Assembly (NCBI RefSeq): GCF_963921235.1
Contig: NC_086120.1
Location: 25,606,001 to 25,670,000 of the forward strand
DNA length: 64,000 nucleotides
From: Mobula hypostoma
Taxonomy: Eukaryota
Reading direction: 5' to 3'
Each line of letters begins with the position of its first letter. Position 1 is the first letter of the stretch. The position numbers were made by a program, and so were the translations under genes. The notes beneath the pieces are model-generated. The model was not told the origin of the DNA and made no database searches. It saw only the letters and a list, made by a program, of their open reading frames with translations. Shown here piece by piece: positions 25,501-35,155 of this stretch.

Positions 25501-28494
25501 GATCTTCCTGCATAGTGTCATTCTGGGAATACCTTAACAGAAGGATTGCAGCAGGTTAAAGAAGGCATCTCACCACCAAAGAAACTGAACAGAAACAGGC
25601 TACTTGGGCTCTCAGGATTGCTCTCTCTTTCATTAAGATCACGTCTGATCTTCCATCTTGGCATCACTTAATCCCCTATTCAAGATCATCTAATTCAAGA
25701 TTCAAGATTGCTTAACGTCATCTCCAGTACACTAGTGTAAAGGAGAATGAAACAATTGTTACTCCGGATCCAACGCAGCACAAAAACCACTATAAGATTT
25801 TTTTTTAAATCTTAAAAACACAATAAATATAAATACATAGGATAGCTTATATACATAGATTAACTGTATGTCCATAATGTGACGCAAGGTACAGGACTGT
25901 CTGTAAGGTGACTCTGACAGAAAATGATAAATAGTGGTGGTTGGGGGTGTGGTCAAGTCAGTTAGTGGATGGAGTTGTTGATTAGCCTTGCTGCTTGGAG
26001 AAAGTTTTTGAATCTGGTGGTCCTGGCATGGATGTTACGTAGCCTCTTCACTAATGGGAGTGGGACAAACAGTCCACAAGCAGGGTGGGGGGGGGGATCT
26101 TTCATGATGTTGCTGCCCTTTTCCTGATAATTTTTGTATATGTGTCCTTGATGGCATGTAGGCTGGTACTAATGATGTATTGGGCAGTTTTGACTACCCG
26201 TCGTAGAGCCCTCCTGCCCACTGCAGTGCAGTTTCTGTACCATGCAGTGATGTAGCATGTTAGAATGCTCTCTATCTATAGACGGACATAAGTATTGATG
26301 TGCATAGTCCAGCTCCCTTTAACCTCCTCAGGAAGTAAAGAGAATGAGTTTTCTTGATTGTGTAGGATGTGTTCTGTGACCATGAGAGACCATATTTGCT
26401 GTTACCTGTAATCTATCATTCTATACTTTGAATATAGTCAGCAATTGAACTTACCAAAGAGTCACTACCTTCTGGGTGAAGCTATTTCATCTCATCTGAG
26501 TCCTGAATGACTGACCCCTTAAGTTATAGCTGCGATCCCTGGTTCTAGACATCTAGCCAGGGGAAACATCATTCCTGCATCCAACCTGTCAAGAATCTTT
26601 GTACTTCAATTAGATTGCCCCTCACTCTAGAGAGTTCTTCCTAAGAGAAACCACTAATGCCTTCCCCACCATCGCCTCCCTCCCCAGCTGGTATTTCCAT
26701 CGCAGTCCCTCTATCACAAGGTAGAAAGAGCAGACCTATTCACAATATTCCAGGTTTGCTCTCACCAGCGACCTTCATAATTGCAGTATTTTATCTGTGT
26801 TCACAGATCTTCTTGTAGTAAAGGTAAACATACTGCTGCTTTACAATTGTTTGTTATACTGTAGGTTTGTTTTCAGTGATCTGTCTACAAGGAGACTTAG
26901 GTCCCTCTGAACACCTTTCAGCTTCACGTCAATTAAAAGGTACTGTCTACCTTAATTCTGCAACCTGCCATGTCCCTCAATAACTTACTAGCCGGTATAT
27001 ATCCTTTAGAACCTCATATTACCTCACAACAGAGAATACCACTGGCTCATCAGGTCTATGCTGACAGTCAGAGCTCAACAAACAGTTCAATCTGTTCCCA
27101 TTTATCTACCTTTCACCTATTCTTTTTCACATGCCCATGAACTACCCCCGATCCTCCTGCTACTAGATGCAATTTACAGTACCTATCAACCTACCGAGGC
27201 ACCTTTGGGACGTGGGAGGGAACTGGAGCACCTGGGGGGGGTAACCCAAGCAGTCACAGGGGCAACATGGAGATCCCACAAAGGCAGCAACGGAGGACGG
27301 GATCAGCAATTCTGGATAGATCACGTTTGGTCCCCTTGGGGCAAATCATTGATATAGTTTCCCGCACTGCAGTCCCTGCGGTGCACGTGTGCACACTGCA
27401 TTCCATCATTAGTCAGAGCCCCACAACAAAACGATCCGTTTATTCCTACCCTCTGTTTCTTGTCCATTAATCTAGCTTCTCTACCTTATGGGATAATGGT
27501 AGAGAGTCAGGAAACATAATTCATAAAGCCAGGGAGAGAACATAGAAACTGGCCCTTTAGCTGATTGAGTCCACCTCAACCATCCATCACCAATTTACAA
27601 TAATCCGACATTAATCCCACCTTTCATTCTCCCCACGTTCTCCTCAACTCTGCACAGATCCTACTCTCTCATTGAGGCAATTTACAAGGGCCAGTTAACC
27701 TACTAAAGTGCACATCTTTGGGATGTAGGAGGAAACCAGAGCATCAAGAGGGAACCAACACCAACACAGGAGGAACACGCAGGCTCCACATAGACAGTGC
27801 CCGAGATCAGATTGAATTCAGGTCTCTGATGCTGCGAGACAGTAGCTCTACGAAATACACCACTTGTGCCACACGCAATTTATCCAGAGGTCTGGATATC
27901 TATGCTTGAAAGGCTGGTAGAAGCTCAGACCAGTCCAGATGAAGGGTCTCAACCTTAAGCGTCAACTGTCTATATCCTCCATAGATGCTGCCTGACTCGC
28001 TGAGTTCCTCCTGATCTTTGTGTGATGCTTTCGGAAGTAGAAGCCATGCTGCGTTTTACACCAACACTTTAAGAGCCACAATCCATAAAGTTACAGACTG
28101 AGAGAAGGGAAACCCTAAACACATGCATTCAGAATCACAATAGGCTGAATATCTTCCTCTCTGCCATAAATGGCTATAATTTTTAAGTGCAATTAAAAAT
28201 AGGCACTGTGCTAATCCCGACAGCGTTTACCTCAACAAACCCATTTCCTCATTTCTTCCCCTCTCTCCCTCTCTCATTCACTCAAGCATGCACGCACATA
28301 CACAAACGTACAGGAGCAAGCACATGTACACACAACGGGAGAAATCGTTCACACTGGCTCCAGTTCAACTCCATTTAACCCCTTGCATTTAAAAAGCTGC
28401 AAATTCTCGGCCGCCTTTTAAAATGATACTTACGTGCTGAGCACAAAACCAGCCTCATCATGCAGAGCGAAAGAAGAAAATGGAAAGGCGGCAT
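11894..28494 (-). CDS. CRLF1: CRLF1 cytokine receptor-like factor 1, spliced CDS complement(join(11894-11910,13534-13570,14378-14556,14968-15136,17509-17666,18730-18899,20507-20636,21537-21815,28434-28494)), 399 aa
   Basis: Nine exons join in frame (1200 nt): signal peptide, Ig-like domain, two FN3 domains with WSEWS, and the CRLF1-specific tail [16 protein letters not shown]...[18 protein letters not shown]. No transmembrane segment. Confidence 0.96.
13534..13570 (-). CDS. CRLF1: CRLF1 exon 8 (37-nt microexon)
   Basis: TTTCCCCACAG acceptor; [12 protein letters not shown]; G|GTGAGT donor. Phase 0 to 1 bridges exon 7 to the DTPAR* frame of exon 9. Sequence homology is weak. Confidence 0.65.
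13780..14155 (+). mobile_element. ancient DeuSINE-like SINE (SacSINE1/AmnSINE1-type) in CRLF1 intron 7
   Basis: Decayed matches to the Deu-domain and tail as I recall them (GGTGCCATGTTTCTGATGA...GAGGCC; CAACAGT..CACTTCAAAA...GGCTGT; GAAATACAAGTC). Similar copies near 22050-22300(-), 53830-54130(-) and 58000-58320(-). Confidence 0.5.
14378..14556 (-). CDS. CRLF1: CRLF1 exon 7
   Basis: [60 protein letters not shown]; CAG|GTAAAT donor. Confidence 0.95.
14968..15136 (-). CDS. CRLF1: CRLF1 exon 6 (WSXWS motif)
   Basis: [56 protein letters not shown]. Confidence 0.96.
17509..17666 (-). CDS. CRLF1: CRLF1 exon 5
   Basis: [53 protein letters not shown]; canonical splice sites. Confidence 0.95.
17720..18050 (+). 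mobile_element. tRNA-head SINE with RTE-type 3' module
   Basis: Head GGGCACGTGGCCAAGTGGTTA (A box)...GAGTTTGAGCCC (B box), then GTGTCCTTGAGCAAGGCACTTAA, and a (TTTAC)n tail. Confidence 0.8.
18730..18899 (-). CDS. CRLF1: CRLF1 exon 4
   Basis: [56 protein letters not shown]; CAG acceptor and GTGAGT donor. Confidence 0.95.
20200..20455 (+). mobile_element. old SINE fragment (family unassigned); homologous copies at about 40720-41030 and 51410-51800
   Basis: Shared blocks AAAGCTAGT...AAAA.CC..CTGGTTC...GGAA.GAAAT.TGCCA...GGCCT...; the tail resembles the LINE end at 46370-46535. Confidence 0.5.
20507..20636 (-). CDS. CRLF1: CRLF1 exon 3
   Basis: [43 protein letters not shown]; canonical splice sites. 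Confidence 0.95.
21537..21815 (-). CDS. CRLF1: CRLF1 exon 2 (Ig-like domain)
   Basis: [21 protein letters not shown]...LYWTLNG...[23 protein letters not shown]; TTTAG acceptor and GTAAGT donor. Confidence 0.95.
22599..22826 (-). mobile_element. tRNA-head SINE, same head as 17720 but different tail
   Basis: Minus strand GGGCACGTGGCCAAGTGGTTAAGGC...GTGTCCTTGAGCAAGGCACTTAACCACACATTGC; TSD CACAAAGTAGA (22588-22598) / CACGAAGTAGA (22827-22837). Confidence 0.85.
23735..24300 (+). mobile_element. old decayed RTE LINE fragment
   Basis: [26 protein letters not shown] parallels SETWTTYQRHLKALEKFHQCCLRNIL of the RTE at 35707-37177. Confidence 0.65.
25695..26390 (-). mobile_element. Rex1/L2-type LINE 3' fragment
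   Basis: Microsatellite tail (TTCAAGA)n on the + strand, followed by decayed sequence homologous to the RT C-terminal region. Confidence 0.6.
27931..28030 (+). mobile_element. Penelope-like terminal remnant with decayed hammerhead motif
   Basis: CAGTC CAGATGA AGGGTCTCAACCT TAAGC GTC AACTG, followed by the same GATGCTGCCTG...GCTGAGTTCCTCC tail. Confidence 0.65.
28434..28494 (-). CDS. CRLF1: CRLF1 exon 1 (signal peptide)
   Basis: AAACATG start; hydrophobic [20 protein letters not shown]; GTAAGT donor; phase 1 matches exon 2. Confidence 0.8.
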
Positions 28495-28499
28495 GTTTC

Positions 28500-28960
28500 T
28501 TCAAAATCCGATTTAAACCAATTAATCTCAAAGACGAGAAAGAGCGCACCACAGAAGTTTCAACCCAGCCAAGTTTTTTTTACTTTCTTCAGACAGTTGT
28601 TGAACAAACTGCTCCTGCAAGAGAATCTTCTATTCGTGTTTGTCTTCTACCTTTCCAACTAGAACTTAATTATACCAGTGCCCCACCCTGCAAACCCCTC
28701 CAGTTCCTCAGTCTCCCCTTTTTTGATCAAACTTGCCCCCCTCTGCACAATTATGTCTCTTGTGTTAAACTAGATAATCCTTCCTGTACTAAGCCAGGGT
28801 GCCTGTGATTCCTGAGCTTGTCTGAGCCAGTCTCTCAGCTGGTGTCAGTGGCAGAGCAATGACTCACTTTGTAAATTGATGAGTGGCTCGGGAAATCTTA
28901 ATGGGACAGTAAACAGCATCCAGTTTCCCGTAACCACTTTTGTTCAGCACTCACTTAGCA
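28500..28960 (-). promoter_or_regulatory. CRLF1 5'UTR / proximal promoter with AP-1 (TGACTCA, 28860-28866) and STAT-type (TTCCCGTAA, 28925-28933) motifs
   Basis: Non-repetitive sequence directly upstream of exon 1 with exact motif matches. Function is inferred. Confidence 0.45.
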
Positions 28961-29526
28961 TGCGCACACGAGCCACACCTCTCCCACCAACATGCACAGA
29001 TGTACCTCACCCTTCACTGTAACGCCCACTGATATATCCCGAGTTCCTCACTGAAGCTTCCCTTTCAGTAACATGCATTGTGTACCTCGCATTCTTCACT
29101 GAGGCATTCATTCACTTACCCCGCGATCCTCACATTGTGCACACACAAACACATCCTGTGCTCTTTGTGACATTACCAGTGAGCCCAATACTGATATATC
29201 CCACAACCCTTAAAACAATTTACAGTGCTGTACCTCACACTCCTCACGGTGGCACGTAATGAAGTGCCTCACGTTCCTCACTGTCTCACTGTAAACGCCA
29301 CAGCTCTCAGTATAACACTCCTAGACCTCACTCCTCATTATAACATGCACCCCATACCTCACTGTATGGACATTCCACACCCATCAAAGTAATACCCACT
29401 ATTATACACCACACCCCTCATATCCCAGTGATACCCCCCAAACTTCTTACTGTGCCATTCACTGAAGTATCCCACATTCTTTTTATAACACTTTCTTAAA
29501 TACTCCATTTCCTTAATGTAATAATG

Positions 29527-30111
29527 TGTAGGCCTCTATTGGTCAGACTTGACCATGGAGACTGCATCCTAGCTCTCTAGATATGCAAGCCTGGGCAGTA
29601 CGATATGGAGAGCAAGCTGTTGCCCATGTGGCAAGTTCCCCCTCTCCAAACATTTGATGAGCCCAAAGGAAAGGCAGAGACCGATACAGTTTGGTACCAG
29701 AAACGTTGTAGGCGTTACCAGTCAGCATTGAACTCAACATCGGACTGCCTTACGGACTCCAGTTGCAGACTTTTCCCTCGGGGTTTACTCCCGAAGCCTT
29801 CCCCACAAGTGGGTATGGCCGCAAGGCAGCGGAGATTTTGAGATCAGAGATTTCCTTCTTCTAGGTGAGCTGCCAACCACAGCTGATGAACCCCAAGTTC
29901 CCGAAGCAACTGGTTTTAAGGCACCAGTAACCCACCTTTGCCCCTTCACCTGTCAGTAGAAACGGTTCCACCGAGATTAGTAGCTAAGCCACATGTGAAA
30001 GCCAGGAGCTGGACTTGGTTGTCCAGATGCTATTTGCAGCTCAGGCCATTGGGAGCATTTAATAGGTAGTGGGAGCTTGTTCCCATTACCACCCCCAGCA
30101 ATAACAACCTT
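29527..30111 (-). mobile_element. non-coding RTE-related (bipartite) retroelement
   Basis: Minus strand has the RTE 5'UTR-like block GGTTGGCAGCTCACCTAGAAGAAGGAAATCTCTGATCTCAAA. Its 3' module GGAGAGGGGGAACTTGCCACATGGGCAAC...TGCCCAGGC...CCATGGTC is shared with SINE 17720-18050. Confidence 0.65.
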
Positions 30112-30612
30112 AAGAAATATTCCTGTATATATCACACATCCTTCACTTTAACACTCACTGATTAACCCAAAGCTGTTGCAACAGTGATCTACCCCACACC
30201 TCACAATGACACTCACTGGTATATCCTAGTGCTCACTGTGACACTGATATACCCCACACTTCTCACAATAACACTCACTCCAGCTCACATTTTCCTGAGA
30301 CATAAAATGAGGCTGCTTAGCCCATCATGCTTGTGCCAGTTACCAGAGCAACCCTATTAATTTAATTCTCCATCTAAGTCTCTGAAACTGGTTCTTTCTC
30401 AGATACCACCAACTCCCTCTGATTCACCTGTCACCCATTTATACCAAGATCCTTTGCAGTAACTAATCAATCAATCAACTCGTTTTATGTGTACGGCAGG
30501 AAACTGACAGAGTCACGAGATGGATGTAAAAAATTCCACACAGACTTTATCCAAGACCAGAACCATACCTGGATCACTGGATTAGTGAGGCTGCAGTACT
30601 GACTCATGACTC

Positions 30613-31430
30613 ATTCAAAGATTCAAAGTACTTTTATTGTCAAAGTATGTGTGCAGTATATAAACCTGAGACTCATTCCCACAAACAGCCACGAAACAAC
30701 AAACCCATGCACCCATTCAAAGAAAACATCAAACACCCAACGTGCAAAAAAAAAGAACAAATTACACCAACAGCAAAACAACGAGAGAAAAACACAATAT
30801 TAAGCATCAAACCACAGAGTCATTGAAACAGTCTGGGAATGTTCTGTTTAATTCAGTTCAGTTCAGTTCAATTTAGCGCTGTGTTGTTCGTTGGCTGCAG
30901 GGCCCCCTCCCATCAAAATTACACAAAATAGCAATAAAAAGGGAGTAGCCAGAATCAGAAACATATATAACATGATCTGCAGAGTACAACCCACAAACTG
31001 TGTCAATGAAACCTTACCCAAGACCCAAAACTCCAGCACCACCCTCTGGCAGCATCGAGTGAGAGAGAGAGAGAGACCGATCAAATGCAGGCAGACGATG
31101 CTGAACACCCGCACGCCTTCCATTCTCGTCCTCTTTGATATTCTCTTGCTCGATGCTTCAACTGGCGAGAAATGGGGTCGATCACAGGCTGCCGCCCCAT
31201 CTCCAGGCTGCACACACTGCTCGAAACCTCACCAAACTCCCTCAGAGACAGCAAAGCGCCAGGTTGGCCGATCGGCGTAAAAACGCACCGTCAAAGCGTA
31301 AATCACAGGTTCCATCGCACATAAGAGGTCAGTAGCAGAATCAGATTTGAAAGAAGAGGAAGTGAAAGGAGTAGTACCGTGAACTGCCTGAAGGATGTTG
31401 CGTTGTTCACTGGCGCCGTCTTCTTCAGAC
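30613..31430 (-). mobile_element. non-autonomous LINE derivative (Rex1-like 3' tail)
   Basis: Minus strand starts GAAGAAGACGGCGCC and ends AATAAAAGTACTTTGAATCTTTGAA; no intact ORF. Confidence 0.5.
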
Positions 31431-32994
31431 ACTCACTGAAATATCCCACACACCTCAGGGTAAAACAGTTATACTCCACATCCCTCACTGATAGTCATAC
31501 CTCAACCCCTTCACTCACTGTAACGCTTGCTGGTATTTCCAACAGTGATATCCTCATTCTACTCACTGTCACCCTCGTTACTATGCCCACATCCCTCACT
31601 GTAATACTGCCTGAAATCCCCCAAACCAGTCCCAGTAACCCTCATCATCCAGAATCTTCACTCTAACACTCTCTGATATATCTCTCCTGAAATACTCCAA
31701 ACCACTCACAGTAACCCTCACTGTCCAGACTTTTTGCTCTAACACTCTCTGATATATCACACATCATAGATAAATCTTATTACCACTCACTGTAACCCTT
31801 GGTGACATACCTCAAAATCCTCACACTAACACACACGGAAAAACGCCACATGGTTCTCATTTAACACACTTTTAAATACCTCACACACCACACACTGTAG
31901 CATTCACAAATATACCCCACATTCCTGATAATAGTTACTAATTTATTTATCGAGCCACAGCATGGAAGAGGCCCTTCCTGCCCTTCGAGCTGCACTGCCC
32001 AGCAATACCCCCACTTAACCCCAGCCTAATCACAGGACAATTTACAATGACCAATTAACCTACCAACCGGCACGTCTTTGGGCTGTGGGAGGAAACCGGA
32101 GCACCCGGAGGAAACCTACACGCTCACGGGGAGAACGTACAAACTCTTTACAGAAGTAAGTAAAGCGTTGTGCTAACCACTACGCTGCCATGCCGCCCTA
32201 CACTAGTACACAGCGCCTCGTGTTCTTCCTGTACTCATACTCCACACCATTCATCACAATACTGAATGGTATACCCCACATCAGTCACTTACCACTTCAA
32301 ACCACGCTACCCTCATTAATAAGCTGCACACTCCTCACTATAACATTCACTGACAGGCATCACATCCTTTAATGTGACATTCTTCTCATGGTAGCACTCA
32401 CCAAAACACTGACGTACTCTGCAGCTCATATACAGTAAGTCATTGGTGTATCCCACACGCCTCGTATCACTAATGTATCCCATACCCCATAAAACGGCGA
32501 TCGTTGACATGCCCCAAACCCTTCACTGTCACTGCTGTGCCCCACACTTGTCCTTGTAACACTCACTCCGTACCCCACACCCTCACACTGCCAAGCTCAT
32601 CACAGTTACACTCCCCTCAAAGCCCTCAGTGTAACAGTCCGATATACCAAGCACCCCTCACTGTAACATGTAAAGATATACCTTGCACTTCTCAGTAGCA
32701 TATTCCAACCCCACCCCCCACTGATGTACCCCAGACTCCACACTTAAACCTCTCACAGACACTGCCCCTCGCCCTCCCCTCTCAGGCTCCACCAATACTG
32801 AGCCCCCTTCTCTCTTAGGAACCAGACATGAGGAGACCGCCAGAGGGAAGTGAGCAGAATCACACAAGTGTTCATGATTTGGATAAACCATGATCGAAAT
32901 AACCATAGGACTGTGAGTACAATAGGCACCCTGAAAAGGGACTTGATAAAGGTTTGTGGAGGAATACTGTGAGCTTCTGAGGAATGAGCAGGAG

Positions 32995-33460
32995 GGGTCT
33001 GGTCACCTGCTTACAGGAAAGATATCAATACAATCGAAAGAGTGCCGAGAAAACTTACAAGGATGTTACCTGAGGACCTGAGTGATGGGGGAAAGGTTAA
33101 ATAGGTGAGGATTTTACTCCCTGGAGCGTAGGAGAATGAGAGGAAACTTGATGGAGTTATACAAAATTATGAGGGGTATAGATAGAGTAAATATAAGCAG
33201 GCTTTTTCCACTGAGTTTGTGTGAGACTAGAACTAGAGGTCGAGGGTGCAAGGTGAAATGTTTAAGGGGAACATGAGGGGGAAGCTTCGTCACTGAGATT
33301 TACTTCAACGTTTAAGAGAAATTTGGATAAGTACGTGGATGGGAGAGGCACAGTACGGAGGACTCTGGTCCATGTGCAGGTCGATGGCACTAGGCAGAAT
33401 AATAGTTGAGCACAGATGGGCTAAAGGGCCTGCTTCTGAGCTGTAATGTTCTACGAATCA
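32995..33460 (+). mobile_element. CR1 LINE 3' fragment
   Basis: Homologous to 62480-63009 (TCTGGTCACC...AGGAAAGAT...GGAGCGTAGG...GATAGAGT; GGGCCTG tail). Confidence 0.8.
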
Positions 33461-34679
33461 AAAGACATTATGATTAGAAATAGCCAGACTGTCCTACAAG
33501 ACAGCTAACACTACTTGATGGTTTGAATGCCCCGCTTGTCCTCTGTACTATTCCAGTGTTGTATTAAAGCTCTGTTATATTGGTGATTTTTTTCATACCA
33601 CTCTAGCTCGAGGCACCGAGACCCATAGTGGCTTCCCTAAAGCTGATCTGGATGAGAAGAGCTTACTGAGCAAAGGCTGAAGTCTCTGGAGCACCAGCTG
33701 CTGATCCCATTAGCACTGAAAGAGTTAATAACCCAGCACCCTCCCCAGCACATGCAATTGTGTATGCGCACGCACGCACCCTCGCGCGCGCGCACACGCA
33801 CACGAATGCACATGGAGCACAGGCAACAAGTGAAGCAGTTGACATTCTTTAGCCCGGATTGCTCAGAATGCTGAATTGTGCCCCGTGACCCGTCAACCTT
33901 TAGCTGAGCTGAAGTCTCATTCTGACGCCTGCCACTGGTCCCCTTTGTCAAGCGTCAGTCAGTGGGCAGATTGCAGAATCAGTTCACCACCCACGGCACG
34001 CTGTCATGTCTATAAGAACAAAGAACGGAGAGTGAGCCAGCGTCCACGTTCATGGTGAAGTCAGGAGTGACCTCATTGCGGCTCAGATTCAGAGACGGGC
34101 TGCTGCCAGTAACTGGCACTGATTTACAAGTGTACCCTCTGAAGAAAAGCTCTGAGCCAATTCTGACCTCTGAGCCTCAGTTTAGTCTTCGACCCTTGGC
34201 ACACCATTCTCGAAGGGCCAAGCAGGACCATCTTACTAAGTAATTCCAATCAAAAATTTATCCAGTCGGGACTTAACGGGGTAGACTTGAGTGTATTGTA
34301 AATAGTGACAAACCATATTCAGTGGGAATCCGAGACCCAAGGGTCAAAATAGAAAGATCATTGGACTCGGTTGAGCTTACCGTCCAGGCCCTCAGAGCTG
34401 GAGCTGGCAGAAGACGATGACACATCACAGCAGCAGTGAGAGTGGAGGAAGGCTGCAGCTGGAAAGGATGCCCAGTCATTTTGCATTCCACGCCACAGGA
34501 CCCTGACCCTGATCTGTCAATGTCTGTGTGGTGACTGCCCTTGCATCAGCCTCGCTGTATTAGATAAAGTCACGCACAGGCACTCTCCATTAAGGGAATC
34601 CACCCAGGTTATGTGAATCCCGGATCGGCCTCTAAAGCCACTTGAGGACCCACTAATAGAGATTTGAAAACAGTTCTCT

Positions 34680-35050
34680 AACCCATCTCCTCTGCCAATC
34701 CCTCTCCTCCATCCCCTAACCCTAACACTGACAGCAAAAAAAACCTTTCCTCCACCAGCCCCTCTCCTCCCCCCACCTCTACCTCTCTCCTCCCCTCCCC
34801 TCCCCCTCTCCTCCCCCTCCCCTTCCCTCCTCCACCCCTCTCCTCCCCTCCCCTCCTCCACCCCTCCTCCCCCCTCCAAACCCCTCTTCCTCCCCATCCC
34901 CGCCTCTCCACTCCCCTCTCCTCCACGCCCTCTCAACCAAAATCTCATTCTTATCCAGAACCTCCTCCCCTCCTCCAGCCCCCTCTCTCCTCCAGCTGCT
35001 CCCTCTTTTCCAGAACACCCCACCACTTCCAGCCTCCCTTTTCGCCACCT
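34680..35050. repeat. polypyrimidine / C-rich low-complexity tract
   Basis: Almost only C and T (CCTCTCCTCCCC-like units). Confidence 0.85.
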
Positions 35051-35155
35051 CCATCACTGCCACCCCAACACCTACCCCTGTGTAAGACCACTATTAACCA
35101 GCAGCCAGTCTGAAAAGGATCCCTTTATTCTCACACTTCGTCTCCTGCTAATCAG

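Larger units (their letters stand above)
28960..32760. repeat. highly degenerate 30-35-bp C/A-rich minisatellite, interrupted by transposon insertions
   Basis: Recurrent units like ACACTCACTGATATACCCCACACCCCTCACTGTA at about 29000-29520, 30120-30290, 31430-31930 and 32200-32760. Confidence 0.75.

Noticed and set aside
34517-35063. Gly/Glu/Arg-rich ORFs
   Set aside because: Translation of a low-complexity C/T tract.
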